From the NCBI GenBank assembly GCA_028688055.1, contig JAQTYZ010000003.1, positions 1,191 to 65,190 of the forward strand: 64,000 nt of DNA, given 5' to 3'. This DNA is from Patescibacteria group bacterium. Its GTDB lineage: Bacteria; Patescibacteriota; Patescibacteriia; Buchananbacterales; UBA6539. A program made the translations under genes and the position numbers. Numbering within the stretch: position 1 is the first letter of the stretch; every line of letters starts with the position of its first letter. This document shows, one piece after another, positions 1 to 9,612 of this stretch. The notes beneath the pieces were generated by a model that saw only the letters and a list, made by a program, of their open reading frames with translations, was not told the DNA's origin and ran no database searches.

Positions 1-325
1 CCGGTACCGCGGCCAAGATTTGGCGATATAGTCCCTGGGCCTGTTTCTCACCCCGTTCCATTAATTTGATGCCGAAGGTGATGCCTAGCAGTTTGGCAAT
101 CCAATAGTACCTCCAAATTTTAAATTGGCTTGGTTTTATATCAACGCCGGTATATTTTTTCCAAAGGTTATAATGACGCAACTCATCCTCGGCGATTTGA
201 TGCAAAATATCATCGTTAAAGTCGCGCTTGGTATGGTGAGCCAGTTTATGATAAATTTTATTTTCGGTAATTTCGTTTTTTTGCGCTTGCAAGATCTTTT
301 TTTTGATTTTAGGATCAATTTCCAT
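1..325 (-). CDS. VIT1/CCC1-family protein with ferritin-like N-terminal domain. Start codon is in the window and the 3' end runs off the window edge.
   Basis: Unbroken minus-strand frame from ATG (325-323) to position 1, absent from the ORF track only because it has no stop in the window. Translation MEIDPKIKKKILQAQKNEITENKIYHKLAHHTKRDFNDDILHQIAEDELRHYNLWKKYTGVDIKPSQFKIWRYYWIAKLLG... resembles the ferritin-like N-domain of VIT/CCC1 (DUF125) proteins. The start lies 1 nt after the folD stop. Confidence 0.5.
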   Translation of the reverse strand, partial: MEIDPKIKKKILQAQKNEITENKIYHKLAHHTKRDFNDDILHQIAEDELRHYNLWKKYTGVDIKPSQFKIWRYYWIAKLLGITFGIKLMERGEKQAQGLYRQILAAVP

Positions 326-326
326 A

Positions 327-1172
327 TTAATGCTTTAAGGATAATTCATAAGTGCCTTTAAGTAGCATGGCCACTGTCAGCGGTCCGATACCGCCGGGAA
401 CGGGCGTGATAAAACCGGCCACATCGGTCACGTCGTCGGCCACGTCACCAACCCATTCACCGTCACCAAGATAGTTGGTTCCAATATCGATGACAATGGC
501 ACCGGGTTTAACCATGGATTTTTGAATTAGGTTTTTTTTGCCAACCACGGCAATTAGCACATCGGCTGATTTAGTCTTGTCTCCTAACTTGGCATCTGGC
601 GTAATGATTGAAACAGTCAGTCCAAGTTTGGCCAGCGATTTTTTAAGCGGTTCGCTAAAGATTGGATTTTTTGCAACAATGACGGCGGTTTTAGCTGTCA
701 ATTTCTCGCGTGTTGATTTTAAGGCTAACATTACAGCGGCAATGAGCGGCGGAGTAATAACCGCTTGATCTAATTCGGCTAATCTTTTGTTGTGCGGATG
801 GAAGCCGTCAACATCCTTGTCGGGGTTAATCCGGCCGATAATTTCGGAAGTATTATATTGCTTAGGAATTGGCAGTTGAACAATAATACCGTCAATCGCG
901 GGGTCTTGATTTAGCCAGTCAATAATTTCGAGAATTTTTTCTTGGGTTAATTTATCATTAACCCCACAGTAATAGCCATAAAAATCCAGGCCAATTTTTT
1001 CAGCAGCTTTTTGCTTATTTCGCACGTAGAGTTTGGAGGCCGGATCAGCGCCGATTAGTACCGTAGCCAAGCCCGGTCGTTTTTGAGCAACGGCAATTTT
1101 ATCTTTTAAGTCTAGCAGCAATTTGTCCGCCAGTTTTTTGCCGTCAATTATCTTAGCTGATTTTTTTTGCAT
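327..1172 (-). CDS. folD: bifunctional methylenetetrahydrofolate dehydrogenase/cyclohydrolase
   Basis: 281 aa with a typical FolD sequence (KKLADKLL...ATVLIGADPASKLYVRNK...GFITPVPGGIGPLTVAMLL). Its ATG overlaps the glyA stop (TAATG). Confidence 0.93.
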   Translation of the reverse strand: MQKKSAKIIDGKKLADKLLLDLKDKIAVAQKRPGLATVLIGADPASKLYVRNKQKAAEKIGLDFYGYYCGVNDKLTQEKILEIIDWLNQDPAIDGIIVQLPIPKQYNTSEIIGRINPDKDVDGFHPHNKRLAELDQAVITPPLIAAVMLALKSTREKLTAKTAVIVAKNPIFSEPLKKSLAKLGLTVSIITPDAKLGDKTKSADVLIAVVGKKNLIQKSMVKPGAIVIDIGTNYLGDGEWVGDVADDVTDVAGFITPVPGGIGPLTVAMLLKGTYELSLKH

Positions 1173-2470
1173 TATTTTGAGCTAGGAATAGGAAATTTGA
1201 GACATAACTCTTGGACCGCCTGTCTGATTTCTTCGATTTTGTTTTCATTTTCTCGATTTTTTACGGCTTCAACAATCCAGTTGGCAATTTGTTCCATTTC
1301 TTGTTCTTGCATTCCGCGAGTCGTAATCGCTGGTGTTCCAAGCCTAACGCCTGACGGTGTGTAATAGGCATTCTGGTCGTCGGGAATGGCATTTTTGTTG
1401 AGGGTGATATTGATTTGATCAAGGGTTTTTTCTACGATGTCGCCGGTAAGGCCAAAAGAAGTGACGGTATCAATTAGCATCAAATGATTATCAGTGCCAT
1501 TGGTGACTAATTTACAGCCGAGACTCATTAATTTTTCGGAAAGCGTCTTGGCATTTTTAAGAATTTGTTTGGCATAATCCTTAAAATTCGGATTCAACGC
1601 TTCGCCAAAGGCGACCGCTTTGGCGGCAATATTATTCATATGAGGGCCACCTTGAAAACCTGGGAAAACCGCCCGATCAATCAGGGTTGGTAAATTTTCC
1701 ATGGTTTTTTCCACCTCTTTTAACGGGTTGCCGACTTTGCCTTGAGTAAGAATCATACCGCCGCGTGGTCCGCGTAAAGTTTTGTGCGTCGTGGTTGTGA
1801 CAATTTGAAAACCATAATCAAAAGGATTTTTTAGTTCGCCAGCGGCAATCAAACCGGCAATATGAGCAATATCAGCCATGGCGACGGCTCCAACTTCTTG
1901 GGCAATGGCGGCGAATTTGGCGTAGTCATATTCACGCGGGTAAGCCGAGAATCCGGCCAGAATAATTTTTGGTTTATGTTTTAAAGCCAAGTCTCTTAAT
2001 TGATCATAATCAATTTCGCCAGTCTCCAAATTTTTAATTTTATAGCGCACAAAATTATAAATTTTTGCCATATAGGTGACTGGATGGCCATGGGTCAAAT
2101 GACCGCCGTGAGACAAATCCATACCAATTACCGTATCGCCCGGATTGAGCCAAGCCGAGTAAACCGCAATGTTAGCTGGTGCACCGGAAAGTGGTTGGAC
2201 ATTGGCGTGGGCGCAGCCAAATAATTTTTTGGCGCGTTCAATGGCTATTGATTCGACCTGGTCGGTAAATTCTTGGCCGCCATAGTAGCGTCGGTTCGGG
2301 TACCCCTCGCTATATTTATTGGTAAACTCCGAGCCTAGGGCATCCAAAACAGCCTGCGATACATAGTTTTCGGACGGAATTAATTCCATGCCATGTTGCT
2401 GGCGTTTAATTTCTTTTTCGATGAGATCCGCGATGGGGGGATCGGACTTTTTTAGTTCGTCGTATTTCAT
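1172..2470 (-). CDS. glyA: serine hydroxymethyltransferase
   Basis: 432 aa with SHMT hallmarks (IPSENYVSQAVLDALGSEFTNKYSEGYP, TTTTHKTLRGPRGG PLP-lysine region). Confidence 0.95.
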   Translation of the reverse strand: MKYDELKKSDPPIADLIEKEIKRQQHGMELIPSENYVSQAVLDALGSEFTNKYSEGYPNRRYYGGQEFTDQVESIAIERAKKLFGCAHANVQPLSGAPANIAVYSAWLNPGDTVIGMDLSHGGHLTHGHPVTYMAKIYNFVRYKIKNLETGEIDYDQLRDLALKHKPKIILAGFSAYPREYDYAKFAAIAQEVGAVAMADIAHIAGLIAAGELKNPFDYGFQIVTTTTHKTLRGPRGGMILTQGKVGNPLKEVEKTMENLPTLIDRAVFPGFQGGPHMNNIAAKAVAFGEALNPNFKDYAKQILKNAKTLSEKLMSLGCKLVTNGTDNHLMLIDTVTSFGLTGDIVEKTLDQINITLNKNAIPDDQNAYYTPSGVRLGTPAITTRGMQEQEMEQIANWIVEAVKNRENENKIEEIRQAVQELCLKFPIPSSK

Positions 2471-2495
2471 TGGATTAAATTAATGATTAGAGATT

Positions 2496-2529
2496 AAAAA
2501 ACCGCGATCTAAAAAACAAGCGGTTTTTC
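2496..2529 (-). terminator. GC hairpin followed by a U tract in the 5' UTR of glyA (attenuator-like), in the divergent intergenic region
   Basis: aaaaaccgc...gcggttttt stem (9 bp) with a 14-nt loop. On the minus strand it is followed by UUUUUU, about 25 nt before the glyA ATG. Confidence 0.3.
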
Positions 2530-2580
2530 AGCTTAGTTTATTGTTTATTTAAACTCTAATGCTTCGAAAATCATAGCTAT

Positions 2581-2609
2581 ATTATACTAGCCGGCAGTGT
2601 TTTTGACAA
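2581..2609 (-). promoter_or_regulatory. sigma70-like promoter for glyA (TTGTCA, 17-nt spacer, TATAAT)
   Basis: On the minus strand the -35 TTGTCA is the complement of 2604-2609 and the -10 TATAAT is the complement of 2581-2586, with an exact 17-nt spacer. Confidence 0.45.
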
Positions 2610-2619
2610 ATAAGCCGAC

Positions 2620-2648
2620 TTGAAAAATGGTTGGTTTTATGATAAAAT
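2620..2648 (+). promoter_or_regulatory. sigma70-like promoter (TTGAAA, 17-nt spacer, extended -10 TGaTAAAAT) for the 2676 gene
   Basis: TTGAAA at 2620-2625, TG at 2640-2641 and TAAAAT at 2643-2648. It is about 28 nt upstream of the ATG. Confidence 0.4.
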
Positions 2649-2675
2649 AATTATAACTTATAAATAATTTTAGCT

Positions 2676-3839
2676 ATGGAAAAACCCACAAAAATAATTT
2701 TTACCTTAGTCCTGGGCGTTTTTTTATTGGGTTTGCCGCTGTTGGTTTTGGCCGCTGATAATCAGAGTAATATCACAGTCGCCGCCGGCGATATTATTGA
2801 TGGTAATTTTATTAGATTTGGTTCTAATATCCAGATTGATGGTGCGATTAACGGCGATGTTTTGGTCGCTGGTAGTAATATTGATATTAACGGACCAGTG
2901 GCCGGAGACATTATTGCTTTTGGCAGCAATATTAAAATAAATAGTTCAGTCGGCGGTAGTGTTCGAGCGATTGCTCCTAACATTGAAATTAACGGCGAGG
3001 TTCAAAGAAATATTTGGCTGTTGTCGACGAATGTAAAATATGGTGAGCAAGCGACAACGGGGTGGGATTTTGATGCGATAACATCAGCGGCTGAATTGAA
3101 GGGCAAAATTATAGGTAGTGCCAAAATTAAGGCTGATAACGTTGTCTTGGCCGGAGCAATTGCCAAAAATGCCGATGTGTCTTTGGGTCGCAGTGGAAAA
3201 TTATTGATTGAGTCAACGGGCCTGGTCGACGGTAATTTAATTTATCGGGCGAAAGATCAGACGCAATTAGAGCTTAAAGACGGCGGCAAGGTAACGGGAA
3301 CGACTGAACGCCAAGATCTAGAATTAAGTTCTGCTATTGATTGGAAAAAAACATTTAATGTAGCTAATTTATTTTTACAAACTATTTTATTTTTTGGCCT
3401 CTTGGTCATCGGCGTAATTATTATTTCGCTCGTCCCCAAAATTATGTTGAATTTCAGCGAGGTGTTTGAGCAAACACCAGCCAAAGCGCTTGGTTGGGGC
3501 CTGGTTTATCTGATGGTGACGCCGCTAGTTTCGTTGTTATTATTTTTCACCATCATTGGCATCCCCTTGGCGATAATTTTGTTGATTGGATTTACTATTA
3601 GTCTTTATCTGGCCAAGATTTTAGCTGGCTTTGGCATCGGACTTTGGCTGTTTAATAAAATTAAAGGCGAAAATAAATATCAGGGTTCTTTAATTTGGCC
3701 GATGGTGGTTGGATTGTTAGTTGTAACCATTATTGGTATGATTCCCATCATCGGTTGGGCCGTGAAGTTTTTATTAATATTATGGTCGCTGGGCGCGCTT
3801 CTAATTGTTAAAAAAGATATTTTGCGCGAATATCGCTAA
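2676..3839 (+). CDS. signal-anchored membrane protein with bactofilin-like (polymer-forming beta-helical) repeats and a C-terminal multi-TM domain
   Basis: N-terminal signal/TM, then repeated GD(I/V)xxG(S/N)NIxI(N/D)G units (DUF583/bactofilin-like), then about 4 hydrophobic helices in the C-terminal third. Confidence 0.6.
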   Translation: MEKPTKIIFTLVLGVFLLGLPLLVLAADNQSNITVAAGDIIDGNFIRFGSNIQIDGAINGDVLVAGSNIDINGPVAGDIIAFGSNIKINSSVGGSVRAIAPNIEINGEVQRNIWLLSTNVKYGEQATTGWDFDAITSAAELKGKIIGSAKIKADNVVLAGAIAKNADVSLGRSGKLLIESTGLVDGNLIYRAKDQTQLELKDGGKVTGTTERQDLELSSAIDWKKTFNVANLFLQTILFFGLLVIGVIIISLVPKIMLNFSEVFEQTPAKALGWGLVYLMVTPLVSLLLFFTIIGIPLAIILLIGFTISLYLAKILAGFGIGLWLFNKIKGENKYQGSLIWPMVVGLLVVTIIGMIPIIGWAVKFLLILWSLGALLIVKKDILREYR

Positions 3840-3845
3840 ATAAAT

Positions 3846-5183
3846 ATGACATCAATCAACAGTAAAATTTTTAAGTCTTATGATATTCGCGGAATTTATC
3901 CGGATGAATTAAATGAAGAGGCGGCTTACAATATTGGGCGCGCGCTAGCGCGGAAGGCTAACGCCGAGTATATTGTGGTCGGGCGTGATATGCGTCTTTC
4001 GGGCGCGGCGTTGAAAGAAAAATTAATTGCCGGCATCACGGATGAGGGAACGGGTGTGCTGGATATTGGCTTAGTGCCGATTGATGCAGTTTATTTTGCG
4101 GTTGGCATTTTAGGGCATGGGGCCGGAGTGATGATAACGGCTTCTCATAATCCCAAAGAATATAACGGTTTTAAAATGGTGCTCAAGGGGATGAATTTTG
4201 TGCGCGTTGAGGAACTAAAAAATGAGTTGTTAAACTTACCGGAATTAAGTAGTAACAAAAAAGGCGAAGTTAGAGAACAGGACCTGATGGATGGATACCT
4301 CAATCACGTTTTGTCTTTTGTTGAACTAAAAAAATTAAAGCCGTTTAAAGTAGTCGTTGATGCCGGTAATGGCATGGCGGGCAAAGTGATGCCCTTGTTA
4401 GCACCGCATTTGCCAATTGAAATGATTCCTTTAAATTTTGAACTTGATGGAAATTTTCCGGCGCACCCGTCAAATCCGCTCCTGCCAGAAAGTCAGGTGC
4501 AAATTACCAAGGCCGTGGTTGAAAATAAGGCTGACTTTGGGGTGATTATTGATGGTGATACTGACCGTTTATTTTTTGTTGACGAAACTGGTCAATTTGT
4601 TCGCGCTGATTTTGCCTTGTTAATTTTAGCTCGTGAGTTTCTTAATCGCGAACCGGGCAAGGGTATTGTTTATAACGTCGTTTGTTCAAAAATCGTGCCG
4701 GAAAAAATCAGCGAGTGGGGCGGCGTGCCATTACGATCGAAAGTTGGGTATATTTATATTAGTGCAATGATGCGGGAAAATGATGGGATTATGGGTGGTG
4801 AGTTTTCGGCTCATTATTCTTTCCGTGATAATGCTTTTGCCGATTCGGGTTTTATTGCGTTACTGATTTTACTGCAACTTATCTCTCAAGATGGCCGCCG
4901 ACTGTCGGAAATTATTGGTGAATTCAATAAGTATTTTAAGACTGATGAAATAAATTTGCCAATTAATGATCGGGAGACGATTATTAATAAAATCAAAGAT
5001 AAATACCGCACTGGTAAACAAGATGAGTTGGATGGCTTGACTGTTGAATATGAAAACTGGTGGTTTAATGTGCGAGGTTCAAATACCGAACCGTTGTTGC
5101 GCGTGACGGTTGAAGCGGCAACTGAAGAATTATTAAATAGCCAGACCGCCGAGTTGGTTGATTTTGTGAAGGCTAATATTTAA
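3846..5183 (+). CDS. phosphomannomutase/phosphoglucomutase (alpha-D-phosphohexomutase family)
   Basis: 445 aa with the active-site loop TASHNPKEYNGFKMV, a Mg-binding DGDTDR motif and GEFSAHY. Confidence 0.88.
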   Translation: MTSINSKIFKSYDIRGIYPDELNEEAAYNIGRALARKANAEYIVVGRDMRLSGAALKEKLIAGITDEGTGVLDIGLVPIDAVYFAVGILGHGAGVMITASHNPKEYNGFKMVLKGMNFVRVEELKNELLNLPELSSNKKGEVREQDLMDGYLNHVLSFVELKKLKPFKVVVDAGNGMAGKVMPLLAPHLPIEMIPLNFELDGNFPAHPSNPLLPESQVQITKAVVENKADFGVIIDGDTDRLFFVDETGQFVRADFALLILAREFLNREPGKGIVYNVVCSKIVPEKISEWGGVPLRSKVGYIYISAMMRENDGIMGGEFSAHYSFRDNAFADSGFIALLILLQLISQDGRRLSEIIGEFNKYFKTDEINLPINDRETIINKIKDKYRTGKQDELDGLTVEYENWWFNVRGSNTEPLLRVTVEAATEELLNSQTAELVDFVKANI

Positions 5184-5206
5184 TTAATAAAATTAAATTT
5201 AACGAT

Positions 5207-5974
5207 ATGGATATAATTTTATGGGGAATATTAGTAGCTGTGATTTTTGTAGTTTTGAGTGGCTTAAGAGTCGTTAATCAGTACGAGCGAGGGGTTATTT
5301 TAACCTTGGGAAAATATACTGGAACGCGTCAGCCAGGTTTAAATTGGATTTTATCCGTTTTTGGCATTCAAAAAATGATTAAAGTAGATTTGCGGGTTAG
5401 AACCGTGGACGTGCCTCAACAAGAGGCAATCACTAAGGATAATGTCCCTGTTGGCATAAATGCGGTTGTTTATTTTCAGATTGAGAAGGCCGAAGATGCG
5501 GTTTTAAAAATCCAGGATTATACTTTTGCCGTCGCCCAATATGCTCAGGCATCATTACGTGATGTTATTGGTGGTGTTGAATTAGATAGTTTATTGGCTG
5601 AGCGTGATAAATTAGCTGACGAGATAAAAAAGATTTTGGATGGTCAAACTGACGGTTGGGGTATCAATGTGACGGCCGTCAAAATGCAGGATATTGAGTT
5701 ACCAGCTGATATGAAAAGAGCCATGGCTAAACAGGCCGAAGCCGAGAGAGAGCGGCGTGCAACTATTATCCGCGCCGAAGGAGAATTAAAAGCATCAGAA
5801 AATTTACGTTTAGCGGCGACTAACTTGGCTATTCCCGGAGCAATTTCGTTGCGAACCTTGCAGACCATTGAGGGCAGCACTGCTAATCCAGCTAGTACGG
5901 TCATCTTTGCGGTGCCGGTTGAAATATTTGAAGGGATAAAAAAAGTTTCCGATCTGGTCAAGGGAAACAAATAG
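5207..5974 (+). CDS. SPFH/band-7 (stomatin/prohibitin-like) membrane protein
   Basis: N-terminal TM, then an SPFH core (RVRTVDVPQQEAITKDNVPVGINAVVYFQI...) and a coiled-coil EAERERRA region. Confidence 0.85.
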   Translation: MDIILWGILVAVIFVVLSGLRVVNQYERGVILTLGKYTGTRQPGLNWILSVFGIQKMIKVDLRVRTVDVPQQEAITKDNVPVGINAVVYFQIEKAEDAVLKIQDYTFAVAQYAQASLRDVIGGVELDSLLAERDKLADEIKKILDGQTDGWGINVTAVKMQDIELPADMKRAMAKQAEAERERRATIIRAEGELKASENLRLAATNLAIPGAISLRTLQTIEGSTANPASTVIFAVPVEIFEGIKKVSDLVKGNK

Positions 5975-5987
5975 TAGCTTTGATTTT

Positions 5988-6854
5988 TTATCTAATATTG
6001 GCTAGAAAATTTTTAGCAATTTCCGCCGTTGGTTGATCGCTGTTGTAAAAATCTTTCCAGACCACCACGATATCAGCACCATTAAAAATTGAACTTTGAA
6101 TTTCGCGAGCGGTATCGCCGCCGGCGATCGAAATCATCACATTAAAGCTACCTTTAAGCTTGGCAATTTGATTGATTGGTAAAGATTTGGTTTTATTATC
6201 AGAAGTTTCGTCGACGCCACGATGTAAAATAACCGCGGTTGGTAAATATTTTAGTCGGCGTAAAACTTTTACTGGTGAATCAATCGCCATCATATCGACC
6301 ATTGAATCAATGCCCACGTCTTTACAAGTTGTGATAAAGTGGTTTATAGTTTCAGTCGGTGCTGATCCCATAACGACCGCGGCTGAGGCGCCAGCTTGGG
6401 CCGCTAAAGACGCTTCGGTGTCACCGCGATCAATACATTTTAAATCGGCAACGATGTAGGGAATGTTTTTGGACTCATTTGGTTGGGGTGGCGAAAAGGT
6501 TAAGCTGTTCCTTTGGTTAGTATAAGTCTTCGCCATTTTATTTAGGAGGTCGAGGAGCGTAATTTTTTTAGCTTCGGTCGTATGAATTTTATTAGCGGAA
6601 GTTAAATTTAAAAAAGTTTTTTCTTGCCACCAATCGTAAAGTTCTTTAATGACGCCAACCCCATAGTGTTTGATCAGCGGGGTGCCAGCTTCAAGAATAA
6701 TCCGGTCAGAATTAGGCAGAGCAAAGATGATTTTTTTGGCTTCTTCCAGGGTGTTATTAAAGGCAATTTGCAAGTAATGTTTTTTTCGATCAAGCTTCAT
6801 ATCAGTTATTATAGGTTTTTTATAATTAAAATTCAACAAACCAATGATTGGCAT
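5988..6854 (-). CDS. 3-hexulose-6-phosphate synthase / KGPDC-family (OMP-decarboxylase fold) enzyme with an internal insertion
   Basis: Blocks LQIAFN..LEEAKKII, IILEAGTPLIKHYGVGVIKEL, IVADLKCIDRGDTEASLAAQAGASAAVVMG, VILHRGVDE and ISIAGGDTAREI align with HPS (HxlA) motifs. An extra segment of about 60 aa lies between the first two blocks. Confidence 0.65.
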   Translation of the reverse strand: MPIIGLLNFNYKKPIITDMKLDRKKHYLQIAFNNTLEEAKKIIFALPNSDRIILEAGTPLIKHYGVGVIKELYDWWQEKTFLNLTSANKIHTTEAKKITLLDLLNKMAKTYTNQRNSLTFSPPQPNESKNIPYIVADLKCIDRGDTEASLAAQAGASAAVVMGSAPTETINHFITTCKDVGIDSMVDMMAIDSPVKVLRRLKYLPTAVILHRGVDETSDNKTKSLPINQIAKLKGSFNVMISIAGGDTAREIQSSIFNGADIVVVWKDFYNSDQPTAEIAKNFLANIR

Positions 6855-7650
6855 TTTTGATTCAGGGCTGGGCGGATTAACAATAATGAAAGAACTGTTA
6901 GCAACGTTACCAAGCTATCAGCTTTTATATTTGGGCGATACCGCGCGAACACCTTACGGTAATCGCTCGCAGGCGGTAATTTATGATTTTACCGTCCAAG
7001 CCGTTGATTATTTGTTCAAGCAGAATTGCCGTTTAGTTATTGTGGCCTGTAATACAGCCTCGGCTCAAGCTTTGAAAAAATTGCAACAAGAATGGCTACC
7101 GCAAAATTATCCCGACCGAACAGTGTTAGGAGTCGTCAGGCCGTTAGCCGAAGTGGCAGCAAGACAAAGCAAACTCGGCCGAGTCGGGGTTGTTGGAACG
7201 AGAAGTACGGTTGATAGTAACACTTACGTCCGGGAATTAACGACCCAAAAAGCGTCGCTAAAAGTCTATCAGCAAGCGTGCCCGTTGCTAGTGCCGTTGA
7301 TTGAGGAGGGCTGGTTAAAGCGACCTGAAACCATGAAAATTTTGCGAACCTATTTGCGTCCGCTCAAGCGACAAAACATTGATACTTTGATTTTAGGGTG
7401 TACCCACTACCCGATCATTTATGCTTCGTTTGTAAAAGTGATGGGAAAAAATGTTAGCGTTTTGGATTCGGGGAAAATCGTGGCGGAAAAATTGACTGAT
7501 TATTTAAAGCGTCATCCGGAAGTCGAGGCAAACATCGTTAAAGGAGACAATCATCGATTTTTAGTGACGGATATTAACGAAAATTTTCACGCGGTGGCTA
7601 AGCCATTTTTAAATCGGGAAATTAAATTGGAAAAAGTAATTCTAAGTTAA
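6844..7650 (+). CDS. murI: glutamate racemase
   Basis: MIGIFDSGLGGLTIMKEL...YLGDTARTPYG...VVACNTAS...GCTHYP are canonical MurI motifs. Confidence 0.93.
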   Translation: MIGIFDSGLGGLTIMKELLATLPSYQLLYLGDTARTPYGNRSQAVIYDFTVQAVDYLFKQNCRLVIVACNTASAQALKKLQQEWLPQNYPDRTVLGVVRPLAEVAARQSKLGRVGVVGTRSTVDSNTYVRELTTQKASLKVYQQACPLLVPLIEEGWLKRPETMKILRTYLRPLKRQNIDTLILGCTHYPIIYASFVKVMGKNVSVLDSGKIVAEKLTDYLKRHPEVEANIVKGDNHRFLVTDINENFHAVAKPFLNREIKLEKVILS

Positions 7651-7968
7651 ATGAATAATTTTTATACTCTAGTTGCCATTATTTCACTGCTTGATTTGGC
7701 GGCCATCGTCTCGGCTAAATTTTGGGTAATTTCAAAGAATAACTTATATTTGACTTTAACGGTTTTGCTATGTGCCACGGCGGGATTTTTTTTCGCCCGG
7801 TCATTGCAGTTTGAAGGGATTGCGATTACTAATATTATCTGGGGTGCACTGTCGTCAATTTTAGTGACAGCGGCGGGCTACTTTATTTTCCGGGAAATTA
7901 TTACGCCATGGCAGTTTGTGGCGATGGCGATTATTCTCGTGGGCCTAGTGATGATTAATTGGCGCTAA
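7651..7968 (+). CDS. small multidrug resistance (SMR/EmrE-like) 4-TM transporter
   Basis: 105 aa with four hydrophobic helices. The C-terminal half is EmrE-like (GIAITNIIWGALSSILVTAAGYFIFRE...AMAIILVGLVMIN). Confidence 0.6.
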   Translation: MNNFYTLVAIISLLDLAAIVSAKFWVISKNNLYLTLTVLLCATAGFFFARSLQFEGIAITNIIWGALSSILVTAAGYFIFREIITPWQFVAMAIILVGLVMINWR

Positions 7969-8522
7969 ATTTTGGTATAAAAATATATTTTACTCGACCC
8001 AATTCGATTTGGGTGGGGGTTTATTATTTCGTCGGGCTGCCAGTTGGGAAAAGCGAAACAGTAGCTGACGACTTTAACGCCAGATTTTAATTCAGCGGTT
8101 AATTTTTTTTCGACTTTGGCCATGACGCGATCAATTAAAAAACAAATGACGTAGTCGGCATCAGCAATATTGACTGAATAAAAATTTTTTAGTTTAACTT
8201 TGGCTGGGCTGTGATGAAGCAAAATATTTAGCTGAGCTTTAAGATAGGTTAACGGTGAAATTTCATAGCCCGTGGCCGTGAGGCCTAATTTAGCCGCGGC
8301 AATCAAAAAACGGCCGTCACCACAGCCGAGATCATATAAAATTTTATTTGGTTTTAGATTAAGTTGGTTAATAATCAATTTAACATTTTCGTCTGGGGTC
8401 GGTGCGAACGGGACGCCAACGATGATGATGGCAATAAGGCTTGAAATAATTGTGAGCACAGTGACAATGGCGATGGCGAAAACTAAAATCGTAACGGTAA
8501 AAATTAAAGCGAGGGCTATCAT
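7965..8522 (-). CDS. class I SAM-dependent methyltransferase with an N-terminal TM anchor
   Basis: Motif I LYDLGCGDGRFLIAAAKLG. The ATGA overlap with the trpS stop suggests translational coupling. Confidence 0.7.
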   Translation of the reverse strand: MIALALIFTVTILVFAIAIVTVLTIISSLIAIIIVGVPFAPTPDENVKLIINQLNLKPNKILYDLGCGDGRFLIAAAKLGLTATGYEISPLTYLKAQLNILLHHSPAKVKLKNFYSVNIADADYVICFLIDRVMAKVEKKLTAELKSGVKVVSYCFAFPNWQPDEIINPHPNRIGSSKIYFYTKI

Positions 8523-9487
8523 CTAATGCCGATTTTAGCTCTGACTTCCGCCATGGTTTTTTGGGCCACTTTTTGGGCACGCCGCGCGCCGTCGGCTAAG
8601 ATTTGATCAAGGTCGGATTTTTTTATTTTTTTCTTGGCGGTGCGAAAATCGGCAAAGTAATTACCGATATCATTGGCTAATTGTTTTTTGAGTTCAGAAT
8701 ATTTTAGCGTACCTTTTTCGCTATCAGCACTGAATTTTTTATAAACGTCAGCGCTACTGAAATTGTTTAATAAATCTAACAGATTTTTGGCGCCGGAGCT
8801 TTTGCCATCACCAGTATCGGTTACGGCGCGGCTGATTTTTTTGGCAATGACTTCAGGTTCATCATCTAAGTAGATGCAATGATTGTCGCCCAGACTCTTA
8901 GACATCTTTTTGTCCGGTTCAAGCAAACTCATTACCTTTGGCGTTTCCGTGTGTAAGGTTTTTGGTTCGGCAAAAGTTTGACCGAAGCGGTTATTAAAAA
9001 ATTTGGCAATTTGTCTGGTCAATTCGACGTGCTGGTCTTGGTCAACGCCCACGGGAACAGCGGTGGCGTGATAAATTAAAATATCGGCGGCCTGTAAAAC
9101 CGGATAAGTAAATAAGCCAGTATTAATATTTTCTTGTTGGCGCAAGGCCTTGTCTTTGTATTGGGTCATTCGTTCAAGGTAAGAGATTGGCGTAACACAA
9201 TCAAAAATCCAAGCCAACTCAGTATGTTCGGCTATTTGTGATTGAATAAAGATGGTACATTTTTTTGGATCAAGTCCAGCGGCAATAAAGTTGGCGGCTA
9301 AATCATTAATTTGTTGTTGCTTTAATTTTGGATTGTAGTTTTCCGTGATTGAATGATAATCAGCAATCATAAAAAAACAATCGTGGTTTGATTGGAGATC
9401 AATAAAATTTTTGAGCGAACCTAAATAATTGCCGATGTGTAAGCGGCCGGTTGGTTGGATGCCGGATAAAATTATTTCTTTTGACAT
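8519..9487 (-). CDS. trpS: tryptophan--tRNA ligase
   Basis: HIGH-type motif GRLHIGNYLGSL and KMSKS. 322 aa. Ends with TGA. Confidence 0.93.
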   Translation of the reverse strand: MSKEIILSGIQPTGRLHIGNYLGSLKNFIDLQSNHDCFFMIADYHSITENYNPKLKQQQINDLAANFIAAGLDPKKCTIFIQSQIAEHTELAWIFDCVTPISYLERMTQYKDKALRQQENINTGLFTYPVLQAADILIYHATAVPVGVDQDQHVELTRQIAKFFNNRFGQTFAEPKTLHTETPKVMSLLEPDKKMSKSLGDNHCIYLDDEPEVIAKKISRAVTDTGDGKSSGAKNLLDLLNNFSSADVYKKFSADSEKGTLKYSELKKQLANDIGNYFADFRTAKKKIKKSDLDQILADGARRAQKVAQKTMAEVRAKIGIR

Positions 9488-9530
9488 ATGATTAGTTTAA
9501 TATTTTATGGTTGATAAGTAAAGAAACCTT

Positions 9531-9570
9531 TGAAAAAAATGGGAGAACCGAAGCGAAGTTCGGTTCTCCC
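9531..9570 (-). terminator. rho-independent terminator (perfect palindrome plus U7 on the minus strand) between the small ORFs and trpS
   Basis: gggagaaccgaag cgaagttcggttctccc forms a 13-bp perfect stem. The minus strand then reads AUUUUUUUC. Confidence 0.65.
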
Positions 9571-9612
9571 TGGCAGCGAGTGAGGTGTGGACTAAAGAGC
9601 GATTGGAATTGG

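Noticed and set aside
125-361. Plus-strand 78-aa ORF and minus-strand 60-aa ORF (136-318) from the ORF track
   Set aside because: Both are low-complexity and overlap an unbroken minus-strand frame with convincing VIT/ferritin-like similarity that continues off the window, so they are treated as shadow ORFs.
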